This document shows, piece after piece, positions 23,541 to 35,624 of a stretch of DNA of 64,000 bases. Position numbers and translations under genes: made by a program. This DNA comes from Lama guanicoe. Lineage: Eukaryota. Below the pieces are notes generated by a model that worked only from the letters and a program-made list of their open reading frames with translations, made no database searches and was not told where the DNA came from. The DNA lies in assembly GCA_013239625.1 (NCBI GenBank), contig MU054738.1, forward strand, positions 6,845,083 to 6,909,082, in the 5' to 3' direction. Numbering within the stretch: the stretch's first letter is position 1; each line of letters opens with the position of its first letter.

Positions 23541-24380
23541 GAAGACTTTCGTGATAAGCAATATGTTTATACTGAAGAGTGTTGAGAACTTCAGACTCCG
23601 TCCATACAGGATGTTAGAATGTCCTTTATTTTAATCAATGTGGTTTAAAAAGAAGCCAGTGTTTGGATGTCATGAAGATCAATGAGCTTGTGGGCTGACT
23701 GCATTTTTCCTTCCCCAGCAGTGATTTTGGCAGCATGTGCTAGAGCTCGGGTAGTCTGTGAGCGTTGTCAGCCGTGGTATGGAAACCAAGGGTAACATGG
23801 TGCCAGGAACCTTTGGGGAGCGTCTGTCTGTTCGCCCTTGAATGAGCTCAGCAGGGAGGGTGTGCTGAGCTCTGCGAGGAACGAAGTCAGATTTAGGGCT
23901 CCCGTGTGTTTGAAACTTCAGTGAGCAGAGGGACGTCTGGTGGAGAAGATACCCACAGTTTCCTTTTCTCCTGGGCTTTGTTCTTTCCCGTAGGATTGCA
24001 GGCTGAGCTGCGTGGCAGGCTGGCCAGGGGAGGGGATGGAGAGGTACAGGAGGGGCCGCTGGTCACTTGAATTACAGGCCTGGGAGGGTATCTGGATGTG
24101 TCTTTCCTTGGAGTGATCTTCTGTAGCTTTGTTTGCCTCTTGGGGAGTCGGAGATTCTTGTCATTACCCCTCTGGGTTCCCCAAACTGGCTAGCCTTCCT
24201 ACCGAAGAACGGTCAGAAACGTGAGTTCATCAGTGTGAGTCCTGAACAAGTAGGGAGAGTGGCCGTCAGTGTTGACTGATTATTACTTTAGTGTCAAAGG
24301 GATTCCTTATCACCTGTTTGAATAGTCTGACTACAGGGCATTAAGTCAAATAGATGGTTTAACAGATTTTTTAAAAAATT

Positions 24381-24460
24381 CTTATTTTTTTATTCAAGTG
24401 TAGTCAATTTACAATGTTAGTTTCAGGTGTATAGCAAAGCGATTCAGTTATACATATTTT
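24381..24460 (-). mobile_element. Short 5'-truncated L1 3' terminus (laurasiatherian/artiodactyl type)
   Basis: 'ttttattcaagtgtagtcaatttacaatgttagtttcaggtgtatagcaaagcgattcagttatacata'. Confidence 0.8.
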
Positions 24461-24588
24461 AGGTTTTTAATCATTAGAGTGAATTTGTTAATATAAAAAA
24501 GTAATATGTTAACATAGAAGACAGCAGACTTTTCAATTAAAAAAACTGAGTGAAAGGATTACTGATAGCTTTAAAAATGAAGATTTTT

Positions 24589-24724
24589 TTAAAGGTAGTA
24601 CTTTTTTTAAAGTTTATTTTTATTATTTATATTTTAATTTTTTTTACTGGAGGTACTGGGGATTGAACCCAGGACCTTGTGCATGCTCAGCATGCACTCT
24701 ACCACTGAGCTATACCCTCCCCCC
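24589..24724 (-). mobile_element. vic-1-type SINE, short form
   Basis: Reverse complement reads GGGGAGGGTATAGCTCAGTGGTAGAGTGCATGCTGAGCATGCACAAGGTCCTGGGTTCAATCCCCAGTACCTCCA plus an A-rich tail; degenerate TSD aaat(g/a)aagatttt. Confidence 0.92.
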
Positions 24725-25624
24725 TAGAAATAAAGATTTTAATTCTTTAGACTATGACTAGAATTAAGGAAGTGTAAGTATTAAAAAGGATCTCCTGTTC
24801 TACACAGTAAATACACATAAGCACCAGAAAGAACTGATGCCAGTGTCATTTATATAAAGGGGTTCAGATATCTTTAGGTGTCTGTCTTTCTGTCTGTCAT
24901 ATAAAGGCAAGTTAAATACTCACCCGGCTGTGACCTTCCACGCCCACCTGAGTCCTCAGTCCACGGTTCTGAATCACTTTCGAGATTTGAGGCACTGTTG
25001 TTTCTGATCACTGTGGTTCACAGTGACTTGTGTCCAGCCTTTCTCAGAAATCCAGACCTGGGGTGGTAGGGAGGGGGTGGGGCAGCAGCGGGAGGAGGGT
25101 GGGACGTGAGAGCGCAGCGGGGGGAGATGCTGCACAGAAACCACTGCTGCCCGGAAACTCGGCTGTGTCTCCCACACTGTCAGTTTATTCCAAAGGAAAC
25201 CGCTGTTGACTGCGATGCAGATACCCCACTACTAGAGGCAGTAAAATGTTGTCTGTGGACTGAAACAAAGCCAACCCAGCTCGATGGACTGGGGCAGTGT
25301 TGACCAGGATGATGAAGGCTCAGCTCTTCCTCGTCCCAGAGCAATAGAATTGAGACTCATGTTATAGAATATTTGTAATTATCTTATGTGCTTTTGGTAG
25401 TTCTTTCCCTTTCCTGACAATTATGCACGCTTTTCCCCATCTGAGAGGTTGGAGGAAAGCTCTGGCCCGCTCCCCTCCCACCCCAGCTGTCAGAGGTTTG
25501 TGGCCTCCTTGTTTATACAGGCAAGGCCAGAATCCCTCCCCTAGAGACCTCAGGGGTGCATTGGGAAGATCCTAGAGCTAACTCTAGGAATCTGTAGGAA
25601 TAATATAATATCATGTCTTACAAT

Positions 25625-25760
25625 GTTTAAAATGCAAGATAATTAAACACTTAATGACCCACTTGTGGTTTAGGACTTATGTATCCTATAAGAATATTTT
25701 AATAATTATTTATATATTGAAAATTTTCACTCAACATTTCAATCAAAAACTTGCACATAA
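25625..25760 (+). mobile_element. Highly decayed L1ME-like fragment
   Basis: AT-rich 'aaaatgcaaga...tgacccact...taggacttatgtatcctata...ttttcactcaacattt'. Confidence 0.4.
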
Positions 25761-28700
25761 AATTTCCTGGGTCCGTGTCTGAACATAAACACTGTTGCTA
25801 TGTGTGTCAAGTGAAGTCTGGTTATGGAAGGTCTAGGTTGTTGTACGTTCAGGAAGCAAGTGTATGTGTGAGTTTGGCTTGAGGTTCAGTGTATGTCACC
25901 CCCTCACTCCACTCAATAACGTATGAAAAAATCACAGGATTAGTTTCTGGGTGTGGACGAGGGCCAACTCAAAGGAACCCAGAGGGCTTTATTAGATTTA
26001 CCCCAACCTCCCCCCGGGGGTGATATGTTCACGTGTATGCAGCACCCACCAAACGCCAAAAATACTTTCAGAAGTGCCCTGGGACCCTGCCACCTCCTAG
26101 AGAATGCTGGTCATCCGTGTGTTCTTCAGTGGACTGTGCTTGTTTACTGTTCCAGGGCAGTGAAGGCCCTCTCCGTGCGTCTCACGGCCTCGGCTCCGTC
26201 TGTCCCGCCAGGCTTCCGTGTCACCCCGGCTGCGGTTTGCAGAGCTGAGCACATAGTATCTGGGCCATGTAACCGACCCTGGTGCCAACACACGTTTCTT
26301 TCCCACTACTCTTCACTCTTCAGTAAAGGGGGAGACTGGCTGGTGGAAGTGTCTGGGCTCCTTCAAGCTCTTCTCAGGCTTTATGGTCCCTGTATCCCAA
26401 GTGCCCTGAACAGAGTGGTCATGTGGTTACGGTCAGACGAGGGCTTTATCCCTATGCATCAGCTGGGCAGTCATGTCTGGGGTATGTGTGTTTACACAGC
26501 GTCATGATGGAAATGGGGAACTCGGAATGATCCGGGGATGGGGGTGGGGGCTCTGCACGGACAGGCAGTGTGGCCAGATCCCTGCCGGCCACAGCATCAA
26601 CTCCGAGTGATACCGGGCCCACTGGTCACCCCCACCCCCAGCCTGAGACCCGTGGCCCCGTCTGCCTGCAGCAAGAACCTGACAGCTCTGCATGTGAGCT
26701 GTGGCCTCTGTCTTGTGGGAAATGGCCACGGCTGTCATCGGGACATCGGGGAGGAGTCCACGACAAAAGGAGAGTCGGGGTCCTCCCCTTGCAAGGCCTG
26801 GCAGCTGCGGAAAACACAGAGTTGTTCTGAAGTTCGAGGGGGCAGCTTTTCCCCCACCTGCTGTGGGCTAGGGGAATCCATGTGGTCCTTGGAAGGCTGC
26901 CCAGGCCTCTTGTTTAAGTAGTGCGCATGTGCACTTTTGGTGCAGCTATTTATAAGCACGCTTAGCCCTCGGTCACCATCCTTATTAAAGACACAAATAC
27001 TTTACCTCTTAGCAAAGATGAAAATAGTTTTCACAGATTTCCTGGCGGGCGGCAATACAGCCTAGCCAACCCCTTTCATCTGCAGATTTCAGCCTCATAA
27101 AGTATTGATCTAGAGAACAGAACTTGTTTCAGAGTCACGTTCCCGAAAAGTATAAAACCAGCTTGACGAGGGCTGGGGGTGCGTGCCTTCACCTCAGGAT
27201 ATTTTGAACGTGCCTGAGGCTTTGTTGAGTGGTGCTGAAACAGAAGGTGGTGGTAGGATAAAAGAGATGCAGGACCAGCGTGTGATGCTTTATGCGGGAG
27301 CACAGCACCTCTTGCCGGTTGCTTGGTTACCCACCTTAGCTAGGTACTAACTGCTTGACAGACCCCTTCTGGCTCCAGACCACAAGCTCATAGCAAAACT
27401 CTGTTGGTCCTAGACAGGCCGTAGACTGTGGATGGGAATCCGGCTGTATCTGAAGGCAGAACATAGTGATTAAAGCAGGACTCTCCTGGGGGAGCAGGAC
27501 AGGGCAGGGGTTGGGGGAGGGAAGCCCTGTCTGTGGATGCGTTAGGGAAGACAGGTTCTTCGTTGGCTGGGACTTAATGAAAACAGAGAAACGAGGAGGA
27601 TTTTTCAAGGAGCAAGATAATAACCTCTTTTCCTGGCTGGGTCTCGGCCACTGTTCTAGCACTGCACGGCCCCTTCCTTCGCTCTGTGAATGTGGCCTGC
27701 AGGCTTAGAGCACCGCAGCCACCTCTTCCCCTGCTTCCTGTGAGCTGAACAGCTGCGTTTCTGTTTAGCACTCAGGGTGGCAGGGTTCCTAGAGATGGGC
27801 CGCGATGTATATACTTTAAGCTGTAACGCACCCGTTTGGTGATTAACCTGTAGCACGAGGAGTAGGATGCAGAGGTTCAAGTAACAGACCTAACATGGAG
27901 TGGAATTTGTTCTTCCGTTGGAAGGCTGGTTCCGGGACTGCTGACTCAGGGCGCTGCGGGCCATTGGTTTGTTCACAGATTTGCAGGCCCTGAGCAGGCG
28001 GGACACTCGCGCGCGGTCACCAGCTTAGACATCCCGCTGCTGCCGCCAGCCAAGGTCCTGCCTCCCACGTGCTGCAGCTCGCTCTCTTTTGACATCTGTG
28101 CCAGGTCATCAACTCAGCCACCCCACTTGTCTCCCTGCCTTACGGAGAGCACCCGGCTCCCACCAGCCCCACCCTGACACCACAGTCCGAGTCCACCCAC
28201 CTGAAGACCCACATTCCCTCTGCAGCGCCAGGCGTCTGGGGGCTGCCAGCCTCCCTTCCCCGTCAAGCTGTCTTCCTGCAGCGATAGCCTCCACGGTGCA
28301 TCAGAGAGCTTCCTCGGGGCCCCTGGGTTGGGGCTGTGAGGCTGCCAAGGAGAAAGGCAGGGCACACGCGGCCCCAGAGCTGCAGGCTCCAACCTGGGAA
28401 CCTGGTTTTCCTCTAGTGTTTGCTCCACACGAATTCACAAGACCAGTCCACAGATAAGGTCACACCTCAGCAGCTGAGGTCCTTAACTTGCCTGTTCAGG
28501 AGACAAATGCCAGGAACAGGGGTGAGGAGACGGACACCACCCTTGGCCCTACCAGCAGGGACTATGTTACTGTTAATTGTTTCTAACTCATGCCTGTTGC
28601 AGTTCCATCAGAGTAATGCTTCTTTTACGCGACAGTGTGATTTGCAACACAGGCAGAGTAGGGCTAACTACCCCCCTCAAATGCCGGCCCTTTGCCACTG

Positions 28701-28974
28701 CCCGCTGGTTAAGCTGCACTTTTCTCAGCCTGGGTCGGATCTGCCGCTCCAGGGCGCTGCGTCAGCCTGGGTGTTGGCAGCAGAGGAACGGGCTGGTCGT
28801 GAACCCAAACTGGAAAGGTGGGTCTGGGTGGTGCCTGGTGTGTGGAATTGCTGCACATCCACCACCCTGGGAGGAGAGCCGGTCCCAGCCCTCTCGTTGC
28901 TCTCAGATTCTGAGAAAGACGCAAACCATCAGATTCTTTGTCTTGTGGGATATGTTAGACTTACTGAAAATAAA

Positions 28975-29980
28975 CTTTTTGTTTAAATCAAAGAGTGATA
29001 CCCACACAGAAAACTGCGTGGCTGTTGTGAGTACCGCCCAGTGACTTCTTACAAACTGTTCTTAACCTATGTAACCAGCTCCGGAGCAAGATGCGGAGCA
29101 TCCCAGAGACTCCCGAGGGTCCCCTGTGAGGCGCTGCTGCCTTCCTCGAGTGGCCGCTCTCCAGACCCCCACCCCCTGGACTCGTGGTCTCTGGTTTTGG
29201 ATGCTGTGTTAATGGAGCCGTGCAGGTTGTGCTCTTTTGTGCCTGGTCCTTCTCTGATCATCGCCCTGGGTGATTGGTCTGGGCTGCTGTACGCCACATG
29301 GGTGGAAGTTCGCTCGTTTTAATTTCATTTCTAAACAGAATTCTGCTGTGTGGACATACCACGGACACCGTATGTACCCATCCTGCAGTCAGTGGGCATT
29401 TCGGTCACGTCCTGTCTTCTGAGTTTTAGGAACAGAGCTGCTCTGAATGCGTCTTCAGCAGGCACGTACGTGTGTTTCTGTTGGCCACATACCTGCGGGT
29501 GCAGTTGCTTGGTCACAGGGTGTATGTATTTCCAACTTAGGTGCAAACTGCCACACAGCCTTTGGAGAGCTAGAACCACCATACTTCCGCTCAGCAGGAT
29601 GTGAGAGCTCCGACTGCTCTACATCCTTGTCGGCACCTGGTCCTGTCTCTGTGTGTTGCCATCCAGCCGGGTGTGTCCTGCTGTCCTGTTGGGCTTTGCC
29701 TGGCGTTTCCCTGATGACTAATAACATCGAACATCTTGTTATAGATCTGTTGAGCATTTGGGTATCCTTTTTCTGTGAAGTGCCTATTTAGGATTCTGCC
29801 CACTTTAAAAAAATTTTAGTGCCTTCCTTTTTCTTGCTTGTTGGAGCTCTTTTTGTACCCTGAGTTTGAGAGTCCTTTGTCAGATAGATGTTTGAAAAAT
29901 AGCTTCTGTGGCCTGGCACCCTCATTATTGAGACATCGGTGAAATTCCAGTTTGCTGTTAGGTAAATCATTATGAAACTT
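28975..29980 (-). mobile_element. L1ME-type LINE: ORF2 C-terminus plus 3' UTR
   Basis: Minus-strand ORFs give decayed ORF2p C-terminal motifs (LNRHFTEK; RCSMLLVIRE; AVWQFAPKLEIHTPCDQAT) with frameshifts. Confidence 0.9.
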
Positions 29981-30934
29981 CTTTATCTCTAGGAATGCAC
30001 ATGTGTGGCATTAGGCCAGCTACCTCAGCTTTCCCCAGTGCTTGTTTGCATGCCCCATCTTCCCCCTCCTTTCATTCCTTCTTTGTTGTGGCTGGACCAG
30101 ACCTTGTGGTTCTTGTTATGATTGCAGGACACATCTCAGCGACAACCATCAGGGAACTCTGGAAAAATAGATTTTTCACTCGCAGGTCCTGGAGGACACA
30201 TGGCACACCTCGGGCCGCACATCAGTGTTGGGATAGGGAGCCCCATGCTGCATGACCTGACTCTCCCCAGAGTCAGAGCCGCAGGGTGGGAGATGCTGCT
30301 TGTGGAGGAGCTGCCTGGCCAGCGGGTGCTGGAGCCCTCTGCCGAGTCTCAGCCCTTCGGTGCTGGGCAAGCTAAAATCGTCTTAGACCGATGTGACGTT
30401 CCAGTGTCAGCTTTCCACCAGCCAGCTCATGGGACCATGGGAACATCTAACTGTGGGACAGGCCCTCTTACTGTAGTCACACCACCCAGAGGGGAAGTGA
30501 CAGGGAATGGACCTCAAGTCAGTATTTTCACGTGGAATCTCAAATTTCCCAGGCCAGCCAGGTCCCGCCCTATGGATGCTTGTTTTCCTAGGCTGAGGGG
30601 CTGGGCCTCCCCAGGGGACACATACTCAGGCTGCTGTTGTATGCATCACCTGCTGTCGTCCTGGGCCACACCTGTACCCTGAGCTGTGCCCTGGGACTTG
30701 GGTGCTTTGCTAGAGGGACTTCTCTTGGAGGCAAAAGAGAAATGGTGACTCTTCCCCTCTGCCTGATGCTGTCTTTCATTCACTTCCCTCAAGCCCTGTG
30801 TGTTTGCCTGATTCTTAGAGAGTCACTCTGACCTCCAGTGCAAGCTCCTTTGCTTTCACAGTGAATTTTCCAAGAATCTTCTTTTGGTGCCAGTTTCAGT
30901 CCTCACCCGTGTCTTCAGTGCATGACTTCCCCGA

Positions 30935-31177
30935 GAGAGGCGTGGTGGCCGAGTGCTGAAGTGCACGTTTGGGAATCGGATGCCTGGTTCTGCTCAGTTC
31001 TGCACTTAGTGGTGTGTGATCATGAGCCACTTACCTCTGTGGGCCCCACTTTTCTCATCTGTTAACTGGGGATATGATGGGAATTTAAGATTGTTGGGAG
31101 ATCTAATGAGATAATAATTGCAAAAGACTTAACTACAGTGCAGAGCAGTGCTTAATAAATGGTAGTTACTGTTGTTG
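30935..31177 (+). mobile_element. MIR SINE, near full length
   Basis: 'ccacttacctctgtgggccccacttttctcatctgttaactggggat...gagatctaatgagataat...gtgcttaataaatggtagttact'. Confidence 0.9.
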
Positions 31178-31644
31178 GCTTGGTCCTGAGCTTGTTACCA
31201 CAGATTTAAACTCAGATACTACTGTAGCTGTGGAATTGAATCTTTTCTTGTGAAGTTTTGCAAGAACATGTAAGGATGTTTTAAGACTAGATCCTGTCAC
31301 CTTCTATCCTGCTCAGAACTTACAAAATCAATAACGTGGGTTGCCTTCAAATCTCTTCTCCCAGTGTCATCACCAAAGAGCCAGCTGAAGCTCCCTCTCC
31401 CCAGGAACTTTCTTGGTGTTTCCAGCAGGGGGTCACCCTCCCCGTTGAGCACTGCAGCACTCACCTTCCACCTCATGTGGGGAGCCGATGGCCGAGGCGC
31501 ACAGCTCACTGCCCTAAGACACCAGACTCTCAGAGCAGGCGGGGGGTGGAGGTGGGGCGTGGATGTATGGTTTCATGCTCTGGGCAGATTTCCCTGTAGC
31601 TTGGGGAGTGTGCCTGACTAGTGCAGATCAGGGGATTTGTCGTA

Positions 31645-31795
31645 AAGCAGACCTGGAATCAAGTCCTGTCTCTGTTAACTATTGTGTCTCGGGAATATGG
31701 GGTGATGGGTTCTTACTTCTCAGGGAGGCTGTGAGGATTAAACAATAGCTCAGCACAGTGCTGGGCATACAGTAAGTGCCCAATAAACAGTAACT
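31645..31795 (+). mobile_element. MIR SINE (internally deleted)
   Basis: 'cttctcagggaggctgtgaggattaaa...cagcacagtgctgggcatacagtaagtgcccaataaa'. Confidence 0.85.
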
Positions 31796-32084
31796 GGAGG
31801 CAGGCAATACTGATTGATGAATTAATTGCATTAACAGATCGGAGGGACACCTGAGATGTTGGCCATGTCCCTTCAGGGTCTGCAGCCTGAAAGCCAGCTT
31901 CCCTTCACCAGATCGTGCTCACTGACCGCCTCTGTGAGCGTGTGCTTAGCTGAGGGCAGTTCAAGAGGGAGTCCACAGACCTGGTCTTGCTCTGCTGCCC
32001 CCACGGCCAGTCATTAAGCAAGTGCCAGTGAATCAGCAAGGGCCGCTTATGAAAAACAGACTGGCCAGGAGGAGCCTGTCGTGT

Positions 32085-32420
32085 TTAATACGTTGCAGAC
32101 CCAGCGAATTGTGAAAATAAATTAAGGCCCGCGATGCTATTGTTTTTTGAAGCCCTTAGAAAAATTCATTCTCTTTCAACCATGGGGCGAGGCAATATGG
32201 TTTAAAACTATGTGATGCTTTAAACATGACAGCATTTTTCTGCAGTTTTTCTGATGACTTGCACCCATCTTGAGAGCATCACAGGCATTTTCTTTTGTTT
32301 TTCCAACAATATAGTGACTTAAAGGCAAATCTTGACAGTCATAAACAGCCTTAATTAATGTCAAAAGCACCATAGATCATATTTATGCATAGAAATGGAA
32401 CATTTTCTGGCGGGTGGAAT
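32085..32420. promoter_or_regulatory. Candidate developmental enhancer / conserved non-coding element
   Basis: AT-rich, non-repetitive island dense in TALE, HOX, SOX and POU motifs (see findings). Confidence 0.45.
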
Positions 32421-33269
32421 GGAAACCTCCTGGGGGGATGTATGGTGTACGAGGTGGAGTTGTAGCCTGCAGTGAGGAGGGGGCCTTTTGGCCAGCAGCT
32501 TCCAGACTCTTCCAACTGAGTCTCCCCTGATGGCCTCAGGCCCATTGGGCTCCGTGTACTCAGGCCCTTCGCTTCAAGGATATGCTGCCCAGGGTGGCCT
32601 GGCTGAACGTCCCCAGTCCTGGAACGTGATGGTCAGGAGAGCGGCTGCCTCCACGTGGTAATAAAGGTCCCCAGGCCGTGCTGCTTCCAGATTGGCTGTG
32701 TTAACTCTGACTCATCCCACCCCTTCCTCCATTGGCTGCCAGGGTATATCCCCCTGCCCCACCCAAACCAGTCTGAGCTGGAGCCTCACCTAGACGTGGC
32801 CTGTGAGATACACTCTCTGTTAGATAGATGGGCAGGCCCTCTGCTGCTAATGCTTCAGGTCTCAAGGGCCTCCTCTCTCCCTCTGCCCACGGCCTTACCA
32901 TTCCCTCTGCTCCAAACCACAGGCCCAGCGTGAGCAATGGAACAGACAGTGGACTAGAGATGATAGCTAGGATCCTCCAGGTCATGCTCAGCCCCAGACA
33001 CTGGAAAAGGGAGTGACTACGAGGGGAAACCCCTCAGTTTCCTCTGGTCAAGCCTTGTCTCCGCTTTTGTCTGTGTGTACAGAAGTTTCCTAGAGAGGGG
33101 TCCCTGCATGCCTCTCCAGACCTTCTTCTCAGCCTGTTTTGTCCTCCTGCACTCCATCCAGTTCAGCCCGGTCTAGTCCAGTTAACAAGCTGATCAGCAC
33201 TGGGACACAGCCACTGGGCCCCTGGGTCTCTGCCTTAAAGAGCTCAATTAACTGCTGTAGTAATTTGCT

Positions 33270-33560
33270 ACCATAAACTTATACATGTTAATTTTAGAAA
33301 AGCTGAAAGCTAGAGCAAAGCACAAAAATGGGAGATAAAAATCACCTTCAATCACACTCAGATTCCACCTTGATAATTTTACTACATACATGTAGGTATG
33401 TATATAGTACATATACCCACACATTTGGATTCTGTGTTTACATGTTGCCTTGCTTCCTGCCTTACTCATGAGAGCTCTGTCCAGGCATTCCCTGTCTTTC
33501 CGACTCTCAGTTTCCCACCTGCAGCTGCAATGGACGGCAGCGTCATCTGTTTCTCTTGTG
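33270..33560 (-). mobile_element. Decayed L1ME 3' UTR fragment
   Basis: 'tatacatgttaattttagaaaagctgaaagctagagcaaagcacaaaaa...taaaaatcaccttcaatc'. Confidence 0.55.
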
Positions 33561-34754
33561 AGTGTGTTCAAAGGCTGATGCAGAAGTAGATCGTCACTGT
33601 GAGCTGTTCATCTTCCTGTACCTACACTTTTATCACTGTGTCTCCTGAGACTGAGTCCACGGTAGGCTCCTAATGAGAGTGACTCTGTCTTCAGTCCTGG
33701 GCGTGTTGCCTCTCCACGGGAGAGACCCATGTTCTCTCACAGCCTGGCTTGTTGGGAGATTCACCCTGGGCTCTGAGACAAAGGGTTAACCAGAGCCAAG
33801 GGTCAGAGTGCTCTCAAAAACGCAGCAGAGGGGCCTCAGAGCCTCTTCCCAGGGAGCAGGCAGTTAAGAGGAGCCTTATCTGTGAGAGCAATCATCAGGA
33901 AAAGCTGTACGTTTTCTGCACTACAAAGGCGCTGCCTTCTTCTCTTTGGCTCTGACAGGAGCTCTAGAGATCAAGAAAACTGTTGGCCACAGTTCTAAAA
34001 ACTCCAGATAAAGGCTTTGATTTGCTAATTAAATTTTTGCTATCTGCATTTGATATCTCAGCCAAATTGTATCCGCTTCAGGAAGAACAAGAAAGCCCCT
34101 CACTTCAAAGGGGCGCCCACTCCTCTGTGACCTGTAATTATGGAATTTACTGCGGGGGAAGAGATGTCTGGGACGCACCTGCAGCCCCCGCGCCCCGCAC
34201 ACTGCCCCCAGTGATAGAGCTCGTCTTCGGATGCCAAGGGGCCGGGCTCCCGGCGGGCGCAGAGGGGCCGAGCCTGCACCTGGCCCGGAGGTGCCCGGCC
34301 CCGCCCACCCCGAGAGAACCAGCCCCCTTATTGAAGTAAGAGAGGTCACCTGCTGCCTTTGGGCTCCAGGTAGGTCTCACCCTTTCCCCAGAGATTGGCA
34401 GGGGCCAGGCCACCCTCTGCCCTTTTGTTCCCTCCGGGGCGTGGACTTTATTAAGGCTATATATATAGAGGTCCCTCTATAGGGCTGCTTCCCCAGAGGA
34501 ACACATTGACCAGTCAGCACCGGCCACTTTTCACAGAAATGCAATCGAGATCTGCAGGCTGTCTGTTGGGCTGCGTCTCTACTGTGTGGAATAGCTTTGC
34601 TTCGGCTGTAAGCAAAGCAGAGCCTGGTTTCGAGATTCCTTAGCAGTTCCGCACGTCTTTCTGGTGGACTCATTCCAATGCCGGCTGTGGTTTTACTAGT
34701 TTTTCTTATTTTCCTTCATCTTTATTTTTAAAATTCAAAGTTGATACTATTGTT

Positions 34755-34857
34755 ATAAATTAAAAAATTTTTTTCTTTAATGGAGGTACTGGGGATTGAA
34801 CCCAAGACCTCGTGCACACCAAGTACTGCACTCTACCATTGAGCTATACCCTGTACC
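34755..34857 (-). mobile_element. vic-1-type SINE, short and more diverged, with TSD
   Basis: 'tggaggtactggggattgaacccaagacctcgtgcac...gcactctaccattgagctataccc'; TSD tactattgtt at 34745-34754 and 34861-34870. Confidence 0.9.
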
Positions 34858-35186
34858 TGGTACTATTGTTTTGAATACAAAAAAAACTCAACTCCCTCCA
34901 AACCATTTAGGAAAGATGCAGAAGTATGAACAAGCTGGTCAGAAAGTACAAAATTCAATTAAGAAAGCAATTTAGGATCTATACAATTTTCATAGAATAG
35001 ATTGGTATGGATTTTTTCCCAGAGGAAAGGGTTAGTTGTTTTGACCCAAAGTGGAAGAAAAAGTGGAGGGACAAAAGAAACTTTTTAGTGACCGTATGCT
35101 GCATTAAAGGGCACAGTCTGACGTGACAAATACACGTGGAGGTGTTGATCCAGGTTTGAAAACACAGGCTTGCTGGTTACCGGACC

Positions 35187-35377
35187 ATGTCTGCCTTCTT
35201 CCCTCTCTCACCACCTGAGGCTACTCATCGTCATCCCCCCTGCTGCCCGGACTCTGCAGAGAACGAGTCTGGCCAGGCTTCTTCTGAAAAGCCGCATCAG
35301 AGTATCACTGGGAGACATTTCACGAAGAAGGAAGTTAATGGTGTCAGCATGTTCTGCCGCAGACCTTGTCACTTGAA
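35187..35377 (+). CDS. Candidate alternative first coding exon (63 codons + 2 nt; MSAFFPLSPPEATHRHPPCC...)
   Basis: ACCATG Kozak context; frame is open up to donor GAA|GTAAGA (GT at 35378-79), and the in-frame stop falls inside the donor; unique sequence; no homolog recognised. Confidence 0.4.
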
Positions 35378-35624
35378 GTAAGAACCTTTTTAGAAACCAC
35401 AAACTCTCTCGTATGTTCTTGCCTGGAAGCCTGAACGAGAAGACACAGCAGCTGATCAGGAACCAGAGTCCACATCCACTGCGAGGAAGAGAGACCGGTG
35501 GGGATGGCAGCAGTAGCCCCGGGAAGGGTGTGTGTGTGTGACTGTGACGTCAGGACACTCGCTGTCTCATAGACAAAAGCTGAGTAATCTGTTCTGGGAC
35601 ATTAATGTTACTACGTGGGTGTTA

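Noticed and set aside
23994-24220. Possible exon between acceptor ttctttcccgtAG and donor AAC|GTGAGT
   Set aside because: Such pairs occur often by chance in 50 kb of intron; no supporting coding or promoter signal
29455-29970. ORFs with L1 ORF2p-like motifs as a functional or domesticated gene
   Set aside because: Motifs are scattered across frames with stops; a decayed fossil
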